A stretch of 64,000 nt of DNA from an uncultured Gemmatimonadales bacterium (GTDB lineage: Bacteria; Gemmatimonadota; Gemmatimonadetes; Gemmatimonadales; GWC2-71-9). How positions within the stretch are numbered: the first letter of the stretch is position 1; each line of letters begins with the position of its first letter. The position numbers and the translations under genes were made by a program. The stretch spans positions 1,568,001 to 1,632,000 of the forward strand of contig CAVZZO010000001.1 of NCBI GenBank assembly GCA_963779755.1, given 5' to 3'. Positions 37,995 to 46,932 of the stretch are shown here, in pieces. Below the pieces are notes generated by a model. That model worked only from the letters and a program-made list of their open reading frames with translations, was not told where the DNA came from and did not search any database.

Positions 37995-40247
37995 ATGCCT
38001 CCCCGCATGGAAGTCCGGCTGAGCCGCGAGATGCGGCTCATCGACATCACCATGATCGGGGTCGGCGCCATGATCGGCGCCGGCATCTTCGTGCTTACCG
38101 GCATCGCCGCCGGTGTGGCCGGTCCTGCCCTCATCCTGGTCTTTCTGCTGAACGGGGTGGTGGCGGCGCTCACCGCCATGGCCTACGCCGAGCTGGGCAG
38201 CGCCTTCCACGACGCGGGGGGCGGCTATCTCTGGGTCAAGCACGCCCTCCCCGATCCCAACGGTTTCCTGAGCGGCTGGATGAGCTGGTTCGCCCACGCG
38301 GTGGCCTGCTCGCTCTATGCCCTGGGCTTCGGCGCCTACTTCCGGCTGGTGCTCACGGCCTTTCATGTGCCCGAGTTCCAGCTCGGCTTCATGACGCTGG
38401 AGAAATGGCTGGCGGCGGCCACCGTGGTGCTGTTCGCCTGGATCAACTACCGCGGCGCCAGCGAAACGGGCAAGGCCGGCAACGTGGTGACGATCGGCAA
38501 GGTCGCCATCATCCTGGCCCTGATCGTCGCCGGACTGGCGGTCATGTTCGGCCGGCCCGACTGGCAGGCGGCCTTCCACCCATTTGTTTCCCACGGCTGG
38601 AGCAGCGTGTTCGTGGCCATGGGGCTCACGTTCATCGCCTTCGAAGGCTATGAGATCATCGCCCAGACCAGCGAGGAGGTGCAGGACCCAAAGCGCAATG
38701 TTCCCCGGGCGATGTTCCTCTCGCTGCTCATCGTGGTGCCGATCTACCTGCTGGTCGCCTGGGTCGCCGTCGGCGCCACGATCCCGCCGGCGGGCATGGA
38801 GATCACGCAGTACCTGGGCCAGCAGAAGGAGATCGCGCTGGTGCGCGCGGCCGACCAGTTCGTGCGGGGCGGGGGGGTGATCCTGATGGTGGGCGGCCTG
38901 CTCTCTACCCTTTCGGCGCTCAACGCCACCATCTACAGCAGTTCGCGGGTGGCGTTCGCGATGGCACGCGACGCCAACCTGCCGCCGGCGCTGGGCGAGG
39001 TGCATGAGCGGCGCGCCACGCCGCACTACGCCATCGCCGTCTCGGCCGTCATCATCCTGGTGATGGCCGTGGCTCTGCCCATCGAGGCGGTGGCCGCGGC
39101 GGCGGACATCATGTTCCTGCTGCTGTTCATGCAGGTGAACGTGGCCGTCGTCCGGCTGCGCAAGCAGCGGCCCGATCTGGACCGGGGCTTTACCGTCCCC
39201 TTCCTGCCGCTCACGCCCATCCTGGCCATCGTCACCATGGCCTTCCTGGCGTTCTTCCTGCTGCGGCACTATCCCCTGGCCCTGATCTCCACCGCGATAT
39301 GGGTCGCCCTGGGCCTGGTGCTGTACTACACCTACAGCCGCAAGCGCGAGGCGGCGTTCGTGGAGCGGGAAGAGTGGATGGAGCGGATCGAGCGCAAGGA
39401 GTACCGGGTGCTGGTGGCGCTGGCTAATCCGCAGAGCGTCGCCTCGCTGCTGGAGGCGGCCCTGGCCATCGCCCAGTTCCACAACGGCGAAATCGTCGCC
39501 CTGGCGGTGGCGGAGGTGCCGGAAGGCGAGAGCCTGATGGCGGGGCGCAAGCGCGCCCGCGCGCTGGAGCCGCTGCTGAACCAGGCAATGCAGTACGCGG
39601 CGGACAAGGGCTGCGGCGTGCTGCCGGTGGTGCGGATCGCCCACCGGGTGAGCCAGGGCATTCTCGAGACGGTGCGGGAAGAAGAATGCAACTTCCTGGT
39701 GATGGGCCGTCCCGACACCCAGTCCGTCTTCGAGAAGCTGGTCGCCTCGGTCACCGAGCTGGTGCTGCGCGATGCGCCCTGCCAGGTCGGTGTGGTCTTC
39801 GGCACCCTCCGTCCCTCGCAGCTGAACGGCGTGCTGCTGCCGGTCACTACGGGTGATAATTCGCTCCTGGCGGCGAGCCTGGCGCCGGCCTTCGCCGCCC
39901 GCTATGGCGGCCGCTTCCGCGCGGTCACCGTGGTGGAACGGGGCGCGGAGGATGAGGACGTTGAAACGCAGACCGCCGAGGCCCGGGCCACGCTGGACGA
40001 AGCGGGGCTCGAAGTCGAGCTGGAGGTCCTGCGCCGGCGCGAGGTTGGCCGGGGGCTCGCCTTTGCCGCGCGCCGCGGCGAGCTGGTGCTGATGGGCGCT
40101 CCGCGTGGCGGGCCGGTGGCCGCCATACTGGGCGCCTCGGTGCCGGATACCGTGGCGCGCCGGGGCCGCAACCCGGTCGTCGTGGTCCGGGAAGTGGAAG
40201 AGCATCGTGCCCGCCGGTTCGAGCGGGTCTTCTTCGCAAGGAGCTGA
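37995..40247 (+). CDS. APC-family amino acid permease with C-terminal universal-stress-protein domains
   Basis: GAMIGAGIF, YAELGS, AFEGYE, SSRVAFAMARD; VLVALANP and VLRDAPCQV USP motifs. Confidence 0.9.
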   Translation: MPPRMEVRLSREMRLIDITMIGVGAMIGAGIFVLTGIAAGVAGPALILVFLLNGVVAALTAMAYAELGSAFHDAGGGYLWVKHALPDPNGFLSGWMSWFAHAVACSLYALGFGAYFRLVLTAFHVPEFQLGFMTLEKWLAAATVVLFAWINYRGASETGKAGNVVTIGKVAIILALIVAGLAVMFGRPDWQAAFHPFVSHGWSSVFVAMGLTFIAFEGYEIIAQTSEEVQDPKRNVPRAMFLSLLIVVPIYLLVAWVAVGATIPPAGMEITQYLGQQKEIALVRAADQFVRGGGVILMVGGLLSTLSALNATIYSSSRVAFAMARDANLPPALGEVHERRATPHYAIAVSAVIILVMAVALPIEAVAAAADIMFLLLFMQVNVAVVRLRKQRPDLDRGFTVPFLPLTPILAIVTMAFLAFFLLRHYPLALISTAIWVALGLVLYYTYSRKREAAFVEREEWMERIERKEYRVLVALANPQSVASLLEAALAIAQFHNGEIVALAVAEVPEGESLMAGRKRARALEPLLNQAMQYAADKGCGVLPVVRIAHRVSQGILETVREEECNFLVMGRPDTQSVFEKLVASVTELVLRDAPCQVGVVFGTLRPSQLNGVLLPVTTGDNSLLAASLAPAFAARYGGRFRAVTVVERGAEDEDVETQTAEARATLDEAGLEVELEVLRRREVGRGLAFAARRGELVLMGAPRGGPVAAILGASVPDTVARRGRNPVVVVREVEEHRARRFERVFFARS

Positions 40248-40254
40248 CCACCTC

Positions 40255-40920
40255 ATGCAAGATCAGTCGCTGCGTCCCATTCAGGGGTTCATGGACCGGC
40301 TGGCCGACTATCTCCCCATCCTGGTGGCGGGCCTGCTGGTGCTGGTGGTGGGGCTGCTGGTGGGCTGGGTGGTGAAGCGCGCGGTGGTGCGCATCCTGGT
40401 GTGGCTTCGGCTGGACCGGCTGGGCGGCCGCTTCGGCTGGCGGGCCGCCTTCGGCAAGGGAGATGTCCGCGCCGCCATCTACGACGTGATCGGGGCCGCG
40501 GCGATGATCGTGGTGGTGCTGATCTTTCTGGACAACGCGCTGCAGATCTGGGGGCTGGTGGTGCTCTCCCGGATGGTGGACAACGCGGTCTTCTACCTGC
40601 CCAACCTGGCGCTGGCGGGGCTGATCGTGCTGGTGGGCGTCGTCCTGGCCAACCTGCTGGCCACCCGGGCCGAGGACGCGCTGGATGAGGAAGAGTTCGC
40701 CCATGCGCGCCTGGTGGGGAAGATCCTCAAGGGCGCCCTGCTCTCGGTGGTGGGGGCGTTGGCGCTGTGGCAGCTCAACTTCGCCCGGCAGATCGTGATG
40801 GCGGCGTTCCTCATCGGCTTCGGCGCGGTGGGGGTCGCCTTCGCTATCGCGGCCGGCCTGGGCTCGGCCAAGGCGATCGCGCGCGGGTGGGATTCGCTGT
40901 TCGAGAAGAAGGAGGAGTAG
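40255..40920 (+). CDS. TM_helix-repeat (CmpX-like) membrane protein
   Basis: YLPILVAG..GW.VKR, YLPNL, ALWQL, AIAAGLG; related to 35726..36397. Confidence 0.78.
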   Translation: MQDQSLRPIQGFMDRLADYLPILVAGLLVLVVGLLVGWVVKRAVVRILVWLRLDRLGGRFGWRAAFGKGDVRAAIYDVIGAAAMIVVVLIFLDNALQIWGLVVLSRMVDNAVFYLPNLALAGLIVLVGVVLANLLATRAEDALDEEEFAHARLVGKILKGALLSVVGALALWQLNFARQIVMAAFLIGFGAVGVAFAIAAGLGSAKAIARGWDSLFEKKEE

Positions 40921-40947
40921 GTGCGAGGGCGTGAGGAACCGCCGGGC

Positions 40948-41102
40948 ACCGCGAAGGCGCGAAGAGCGCAAAGGTGTTGTTCTGTTTTTCCCAAGGCGAC
41001 CTCCGAGTGTGACCGGTGCTTACAACAGATCGCTTAGCCCAATGGATGCACGCAAAGAAACAGTTCCTTGGCGCCCTTCGCGTTCTTCGCGCCTTCGCGG
41101 TT
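40948..41102. repeat. Second MITE/REP-like element of the ACCGC(G/A)AAG family
   Basis: ACCGCGAAGGCGCGAAGAGCGCAAAG facing CTTCGCGTTCTTCGCGCCTTCGCGGTT. Confidence 0.7.
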
Positions 41103-41132
41103 GAAACCCAGCCCTTGAGGAAGGAGGAATAG

Positions 41133-42284
41133 ATGGGCATCGGCACGGTCGTCCGGCAGGTCCGGCTGCCCGGCATCTTCCGCAAGCGGCATCCCCCGGT
41201 GGGGGCCAGTCCGGGCACGCTCATGGTTTCGCCCGAGGCGCTGCCCCCCTCCATCCGGGTGTACGACTACGGCCTCGATCATCTGGACGAGCGGGAGATC
41301 ACCGACGTGGAGCAGCTGCTGCCCTACGCCACGCCTCGCAGCACCATCTGGGTGGATGTGCAGGGCCTGGGCGACGAGGCGATGCTGCGCCGCATCGGCC
41401 AGATCTTCAGCCTCCACCCGCTGGCACTGGAGGACGCGGTGAACGTCCCGCAGCGGCCCAAGACCGAAGCCTACGACCAGCATCAGCTCTTCATTACCCG
41501 GATGGTGCGCTGCTCCGGCCGGGGGTATGAATCGGAGCAGGTGAGCCTGTTCATCGGCCGCGGCTACCTGCTCACCCTGCAGGAGAAGCATGGTGACGTG
41601 TTCGACCCGGTACGCAAGCGGCTGCGCTCGGGGCAGGGGCTCATGCGCGGCTCGGGCCCCGACTACCTGGCCTACGCCCTGATCGACACCGTGGTAGACG
41701 GATACTACCCCGTGCTGGAAACGCTGGGCGACCGGCTGCAGGAGCTGGAGGAGATCGCCTTCAGCCGGCCCAGTCCCGGCGTGCTGCAGCAGATCCACGG
41801 GGTGCGCCGCGAACTGCTGGGCCTGCGCCGGGCCATCTGGCCGCAGCGGGAGGCCATCAACACCCTGGTGCGCGACGAGAGCACCCTGGTGAGCACCACC
41901 GTGCGCATGTACCTGCGCGACGCCCACGACCATGCCATGCAGATCGTGGACGTGATCGAAACCTACCGCGAGCTGGCGGCCAGCCTCATGGATCTGTATC
42001 TCTCCGGCCTGAGCCAGCGTACCAACGAAGTCATGAAGGTGCTCACCATCATGGCCAGCATCTTCATTCCGCTGACGTTTATCGCCGGGGTCTATGGCAT
42101 GAACTTCGAGTACATGCCGGAGCTGCACCGGCGCTGGGGGTATCCCATCGTCTGGGCCATCATGATCGTGACCGCGGGGTTCATGGTGTGGAGCTTCTGG
42201 AAGCGCGGGTGGATCGGTGAGGAGGGGGTCAGGAGTCAGGAATCGGGGATGCGGGGGGATGCCGCGTCCGGTCCGGGCGCCTGA
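41133..42284 (+). CDS. corA: Magnesium/cobalt transporter CorA
   Basis: LHPLALED, QRPK, NEVMKVLT, PLTFIAGVYGMNF, MPEL. Confidence 0.95.
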   Translation: MGIGTVVRQVRLPGIFRKRHPPVGASPGTLMVSPEALPPSIRVYDYGLDHLDEREITDVEQLLPYATPRSTIWVDVQGLGDEAMLRRIGQIFSLHPLALEDAVNVPQRPKTEAYDQHQLFITRMVRCSGRGYESEQVSLFIGRGYLLTLQEKHGDVFDPVRKRLRSGQGLMRGSGPDYLAYALIDTVVDGYYPVLETLGDRLQELEEIAFSRPSPGVLQQIHGVRRELLGLRRAIWPQREAINTLVRDESTLVSTTVRMYLRDAHDHAMQIVDVIETYRELAASLMDLYLSGLSQRTNEVMKVLTIMASIFIPLTFIAGVYGMNFEYMPELHRRWGYPIVWAIMIVTAGFMVWSFWKRGWIGEEGVRSQESGMRGDAASGPGA

Positions 42285-42376
42285 TGGGCCGGACTTCGTC
42301 CTCGTGTTCCTGACTCCCTGATTCCCGTTTCCCGTTTCCCGATTCCCGATTCCCGATTCCCGATTCCCGATTCCCC
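42225..42376. repeat. Inverted heptamer repeats overlapping the corA 3' end
   Basis: GGGGTCA/GGAGTCA/GGAATCG units facing about 8 GATTCCC/GTTTCCC units. Confidence 0.75.
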
Positions 42377-42381
42377 TATCC

Positions 42382-43419
42382 ATGCGCATCGCCGTCACAT
42401 TTGATACGCCCTACCCCAACTGGGCCCCGGACCAGCACGCCCGGCAGATGGCCCTGGAGGTCGCCGGCTGGGTGCAGGACGAGCCGGAGATGGAATACCA
42501 GGTGGCCGACGCCCTCACCGAGGCGGGGCACGAAGTGCTGCTGGCGGGGGTGCATGACGATCTCCAGCCGATGATCGACATGCTGGAGGCGTACCGGCCC
42601 GAGCTGGTCTTCAACGCCACCGAGAGCTTTCACGGCAACGCCAAGCTCGACTACCTGGTGCCGGCGGTGCTGGAGAGCGAAGGCCATCATTACACCGGCT
42701 CGCCGCCGCTGGCTCTGCTGGTGACCCGCAACAAGGCCATGAGCAAGAAGATCCTGGCGTGGCACGGGATCAACGTCCCCGGGTTCGTGACCTGGCGGCC
42801 CCACGAGGAGATCACCGGGCCCGGGTCGCTCCGGTTCCCGCTCATCGTGAAGCCGCTCCAGTCCGACGCGTCGCAGGGCATCGCGCACGCCTCGGTGGTG
42901 CGGGACCAAGACGCGCTGGTCGAGCGGGTAGGGTTCATTCACGAGCGGTTCGGCCAGCCCGCCATCGCCGAGGAATTCATCGAGGGCCGGGAGCTGTACG
43001 TCAGCATCATCGGCAACGACGAAGACCTCGAGCTGCTGCCCATCACCGAGATGGTCTTCGACAAGGGCAAGACCAAGCCCGAGGAGCGGATCGCCACCCA
43101 GTTCGCCAAGTGGGACGAGCCCTACCGGGAGCGGCGCGGCATCAAGAACGTCTTTGCCCGGCCTATCAGCAAGGCTGCCCGGGCCACCATCGAGGAGACC
43201 TGCCGCAGCGCCTACCGGGCGCTCTGGCTGCGGGACTACGCCCGGCTGGACGTGCGGCTCACCGCCAGCGGCGAAGTCTGGTTCATCGAAGCCAACGCGA
43301 ATCCCTTCATCAGCTATGGCCACGACGTGGCGACGGCGGCGGAGAAGGCGGGCATGGACTACACGGCATTCATCAGCCGGATCGTGCGGGAAGCCGAGGG
43401 CCGCCGTGGCCACGCGTAG
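42382..43419 (+). CDS. D-Ala-D-Ala ligase-like ATP-grasp protein (non-canonical)
   Basis: VFN..E, YTGS, NKAMSK, PLIVKP..DASQGI, EEFIEGRE, RDYARLD.R, EANANP. Confidence 0.88.
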   Translation: MRIAVTFDTPYPNWAPDQHARQMALEVAGWVQDEPEMEYQVADALTEAGHEVLLAGVHDDLQPMIDMLEAYRPELVFNATESFHGNAKLDYLVPAVLESEGHHYTGSPPLALLVTRNKAMSKKILAWHGINVPGFVTWRPHEEITGPGSLRFPLIVKPLQSDASQGIAHASVVRDQDALVERVGFIHERFGQPAIAEEFIEGRELYVSIIGNDEDLELLPITEMVFDKGKTKPEERIATQFAKWDEPYRERRGIKNVFARPISKAARATIEETCRSAYRALWLRDYARLDVRLTASGEVWFIEANANPFISYGHDVATAAEKAGMDYTAFISRIVREAEGRRGHA

Positions 43420-44422
43420 GCGGCGGCGGGAGCCGTATCCCACGCCGGAGCTGCGCTGTGTCTGCGGCAACCCGCTGGAGCGCTACTGGCCCTTCTGTCC
43501 CCACTGCGGGCGGGCCCAGCGTTGGGGCGACACCAGCCAGGTGACCGGCGCCGAATGTTATCGCTGCGGCTGGATGGTCTCCGACAAGTCCAGCTTCTGC
43601 CCCTGGTGCGGTGCCGACATCCAGGAGGAGGGGGTGAGCAGTGAGGAGCCGCTCAAGGCGCCCAAGGGCTTCCGGATGGACGCCCGCTGCGACTGGGGCT
43701 GCGGCGGCGGAGTGCAGTATCCCATGCCGTATTGTCCCTGGTGCGGCCGGCCGCAGGAGTGGGAGCAGGAAGACGAGGATCGCTTCGAGGGGACCTGCCC
43801 TCACTGCGCCCGCGGGGTGGACGACTGGATGAATCATTGCCCCTGGTGCGGACGGGACGCCACCGGGCGGGACCTGATCCCCCGGGCCCTCACCCGCGTG
43901 CGGCGGCTCCTGGCGGTGAGCCGGATCAGCGACTGGGGCTATCGGGTGCTGCTGCGGCCGGGGATCAGTGGCGTGGACCCGCGCTATCCCAAGGTGGTGG
44001 AGATCGAGCAGCGCTACGTGGTAGGCAAGCGCCGCCGCGACGAAATCCCCTGGACCCTGCTGGTGGGGCTCATCACCCACGAGCTGGGCCACAGCTTCCT
44101 CTATCATCACTGGGCGTTCACCCGCACGCCGCGCTTCCGCCGCGCCTTCGGCGAGGTGGACAAGGCGTACGGGGGGATGGACGACACCTGGGTCTATTTT
44201 CAGCGCAAGCGGGTGGCGATCGCGCCGGTGAATCATGTCACCGCCTACGCCGCCAGGCATCCGCAGGAAGATTTTGCGGAGACCTTCCGGTTCTATGTCA
44301 CGCGCCGGGGCCGGTTGCGGGAGTTGTTCAGCGAGCTGGGCACCAAGCGGAAGGGTGTCGTGGTGTACGAGAAGTTCCTCGTGCTGCATGACTTCGTGCG
44401 GAAACTGCGGGGGTGGGGATAA
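43406..44422 (+). CDS. Four zinc ribbons fused to a putative zinc metallopeptidase
   Basis: GTG start overlapping the ligase stop; 4 x C..C...CPxCG; HELGH; YA.RHPQEDFAETF. Confidence 0.82.
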   Translation: MATRRRRREPYPTPELRCVCGNPLERYWPFCPHCGRAQRWGDTSQVTGAECYRCGWMVSDKSSFCPWCGADIQEEGVSSEEPLKAPKGFRMDARCDWGCGGGVQYPMPYCPWCGRPQEWEQEDEDRFEGTCPHCARGVDDWMNHCPWCGRDATGRDLIPRALTRVRRLLAVSRISDWGYRVLLRPGISGVDPRYPKVVEIEQRYVVGKRRRDEIPWTLLVGLITHELGHSFLYHHWAFTRTPRFRRAFGEVDKAYGGMDDTWVYFQRKRVAIAPVNHVTAYAARHPQEDFAETFRFYVTRRGRLRELFSELGTKRKGVVVYEKFLVLHDFVRKLRGWG

Positions 44423-44433
44423 GACCGAAAAAA

Positions 44434-44490
44434 GGACTGGGGACTGAATAGCCTCAGTCCCCAATCCTCAATCCTCGGTGCTCAGTTCCC
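44434..44490. repeat. Inverted heptamer repeat hairpin between convergent genes
   Basis: GGACTGG/GGACTGA facing CAGTCCC/CAATCCT units. Confidence 0.6.
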
Positions 44491-44491
44491 T

Positions 44492-45916
44492 TTACTCTAC
44501 CGCGCTCAGCGCATTCACGAATCCCCGCCCGTAGTAGTCATCCACACCCGGTTTCCCCAGGTCGTCGGCCGACCGCTGCAGGGCGGCGCGGACCTGCGCC
44601 GGGAACATGTGCCCGCCGTTCTTCTCAATGATGAGCGCGGCAACCCCAGCCACGTGCGGCGCCGCCATGCTGGTGCCTTCGGCGAAGTAGTACGCGTCGT
44701 TCACCGGCACCCCGCTTCCCGGGCTCAGGACGAAATCGAAGACAAAGAGCGGCAGCGGATAAGCCGCGTCGTTCCCACCCGGAGCCGCCAGGGTGATGGC
44801 GGACTGTCCGTAATTGGTGTAGGTGGCGGGACTGGTGTAGTTGGTCGCCCCGTAGGCGAAGCCGATGGGGCCGGTCGCCGAGACCGCGATCACGCCCGGC
44901 GACTGGGCCGGCACCGAGATCAGGTTGGCCGTGTGATCGAGGTCGGCAAAATCGTTGCCTGCCGAGGCGATGACCGTGGTCCCCTGCTGATAGGCGTAGA
45001 TGGTCGCCCGGCCGATGGCGTTCGCCAGGCGGGCCGCCCCGCTGCCCTGTCGAGGGAAGAGCGCGCCCAGGCTCATGTTGATGATATTGGCGCCGGCGCC
45101 GCCCTGGGCGATCGGGGTGGCGGCGTAGAGGATGCCTGCAATGATCCACGAGAAGCTGCCGCTGCCGCCGTCCAGCACTTTCACGCTGACGATGGTGGCC
45201 CCAGGCGCAACGCCGATAGTGCCGACGCCGTTATCCGCGGCGGCGACGATGCCGGCCACATGGACCGCATGCCAGAAGGCGCCGGCACCGGAGGCATCTT
45301 CGTCGAAGTTCTTGCCGGGAACGAACGACGCCGAGTGGGCCACGTCGACGCGGGAGGCGAGGTCGATGTGATTGGGGTTCATCCCGCCGTCCAGGATCGC
45401 GACCCGCACGCCCGTGCCCCGGGCTCCGAGATCCCAGGCTTCCGGCGCATGGATGGACTGGGGCGCCCACTGGTAGGCGAAGAAGGGCTCGTCATCGCCG
45501 ATGCTGGTGCCGGAGGGCGGAACCGGCGCCGCTGCGGACTGGAAGTTCTTCATGGCGGGGTCCAGCCACTGGACCATCTGGTCGGGATCCACCGACTGCA
45601 ATCCGGGGATCCTGGCCGCCCTGGCCGCAAAGGCCGGGTCGCTCGACTGGGCGGTGGCGGCTCCGATCTGGGGCCAGCTGGTGGTGAGCGTACCGCCGGC
45701 GGCGGCGACCCTGGCGGCCAGGTTGGCCGGGAGGCTGGTGGCGCTGCTGGCAATGAGGATATAGCTGGTAGCGCCGGTGGCGGTGGTGGCAAACCTGGGC
45801 GCCGCGGCGACCGGCGCCTGGACCGCCGGCTGGCTGGGCGCGGTGCCCTCGCCGGCGCAGGCGGCGAGCCCCGCCAGCGCGGCGAGGGTAAAGAGCCTGG
45901 TAACGGGGTGCTTCAT
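44492..45916 (-). CDS. Subtilisin-like (S8) serine peptidase lipoprotein
   Basis: GGAGG RBS; lipobox LAAC; ILDGG, HAVHVAG, SAGN, GTSMAAPHVAG. Confidence 0.93.
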   Translation of the reverse strand: MKHPVTRLFTLAALAGLAACAGEGTAPSQPAVQAPVAAAPRFATTATGATSYILIASSATSLPANLAARVAAAGGTLTTSWPQIGAATAQSSDPAFAARAARIPGLQSVDPDQMVQWLDPAMKNFQSAAAPVPPSGTSIGDDEPFFAYQWAPQSIHAPEAWDLGARGTGVRVAILDGGMNPNHIDLASRVDVAHSASFVPGKNFDEDASGAGAFWHAVHVAGIVAAADNGVGTIGVAPGATIVSVKVLDGGSGSFSWIIAGILYAATPIAQGGAGANIINMSLGALFPRQGSGAARLANAIGRATIYAYQQGTTVIASAGNDFADLDHTANLISVPAQSPGVIAVSATGPIGFAYGATNYTSPATYTNYGQSAITLAAPGGNDAAYPLPLFVFDFVLSPGSGVPVNDAYYFAEGTSMAAPHVAGVAALIIEKNGGHMFPAQVRAALQRSADDLGKPGVDDYYGRGFVNALSAVE

Positions 45917-46075
45917 CGGGTCCTCCAGGGGGTGGAAGGAACGACAATGCGCGCGGGGAGGGGCGGCGCGGGTTACTGGGGTACTCCGGTTTGTGTCTCC
46001 GTCCTGCGGCGTTGCGGCCAGATGCGGGGTGGGGAAGTCAATATTGGAGCCGGGACACGAAGGCGCAACCGGGGG

Positions 46076-46189
46076 GACCGGTCGAGCCCGGGCCAGCCCG
46101 CCGTTGACCGGTCGAGCCCGACCCGCCGCCGCACCTCCCGGTCGAAGGTCGAACCCCGCCCCACCGCGCCACCGCCCGGTCGAAGGTCC
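46076..46189. repeat. Phased direct repeats CCGGTCGA upstream of the S8 gene
   Basis: CCGGTCGA at 46078, 46108, 46138, 46176; pairs extend to GACCGGTCGAGCCCG x2 and CCCGGTCGAAGGTC x2. Confidence 0.7.
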
Positions 46190-46414
46190 GAGGGAACTTC
46201 CACATACGGGTACGAGGGGCTAGGTTTCCGCTCCCACGGCTGAAGCCGAGTCTCGGGGGTTTATCACTCAAGTGCAGAGCAAGCATTCGGCCGCGGAGTG
46301 GTGGGGTGGGAAGGGGTTTGACTGAGGGTGGAGTTGGAGAAGTAGTGGGCGAGGAGTCTGGAAGACGGACGAAGCAACCCTGCCGTCTTGCCGTCCTGCC
46401 GCCTTGCCGTCTTC

Positions 46415-46550
46415 CGGGACGTAGCGCAGTCCGGTAGCGCACCTGAATGGGGTTGACGCCCCCCCTCAGCCCGTCCCAACCGCGTCCGCTCCGCCGGCGA
46501 GGGTACGCCGGCTCCGCGTCAGGGGGCTCGCGGGTTCCCCGCGACCCAAC
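46415..46550 (+). pseudogene. Interrupted, degenerate tRNA-Pro copy
   Basis: First 40 nt identical to the downstream tRNA-Pro, then about 65 nt of insert, then a degenerate 3' half lacking AAAT of the T loop. Confidence 0.7.
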
Positions 46551-46573
46551 TAGCATGTGGGCAGTGAAAGATC

Positions 46574-46647
46574 CGGGACGTAGCGCAGTCCGGTAGCGCA
46601 CCTGAATGGGGTTCAGGGGGTCGCGGGTTCAAATCCCGCCGTCCCGA
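46574..46647 (+). tRNA. tRNA-Pro (GGG)
   Basis: CGGGACG acceptor stem, anticodon arm CCTGA-AT-GGG-GT-TCAGG, GGTTCAAATCC; CCA not encoded. Confidence 0.95.
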
Positions 46648-46660
46648 TGGGTTCAAGAGC

Positions 46661-46697
46661 AAGCTCCGCAATCACTTCGGTTGTGGAGCTTTTTCTT
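46661..46697 (+). terminator. Intrinsic terminator after tRNA-Pro
   Basis: AAGCTCCGCAA..TTGTGGAGCTT hairpin followed by a T tract. Confidence 0.75.
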
Positions 46698-46756
46698 GTC
46701 CCTCGCCCCCCACGTGGTGAGTACTGCTGCCAGTCTCTCCGATTGAACCCCGCGCT

Positions 46757-46845
46757 GTCATTGCGAGCCGCGTAGCGGCGAAGCAATCCCCCTGTACTGC
46801 GACCAGATTGCTTCGTCGGCCCCTGCGGGGCCTCCTCGCAATGAC
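46757..46845. repeat. GTCATTGCGAG-type REP/MITE
   Basis: GTCATTGCGAG..CGAAGCAATC..GATTGCTTCG..CTCGCAATGAC nested inverted repeats. Confidence 0.85.
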
Positions 46846-46932
46846 GCCCTTCCTACTCCGGCGGCGCCGCCGGCTTGTGCAGAGGCCTGGCACCCCTCCC
46901 AGACCCGCTGCGAGCATCCGGTAGGCGACCGG

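Noticed and set aside
42382..43419. Housekeeping ddl or vancomycin-resistance ligase
   Set aside because: N-terminal Ddl signature is missing and there are no mur or van neighbours
46076..46189. CRISPR array
   Set aside because: Conserved core is only 8-15 bp with four copies, and there are no cas genes in the window
46415..46550. Intron-containing functional tRNA-Pro
   Set aside because: The insert is far too short for a group I intron, and the 3' half has a damaged T loop and acceptor stem
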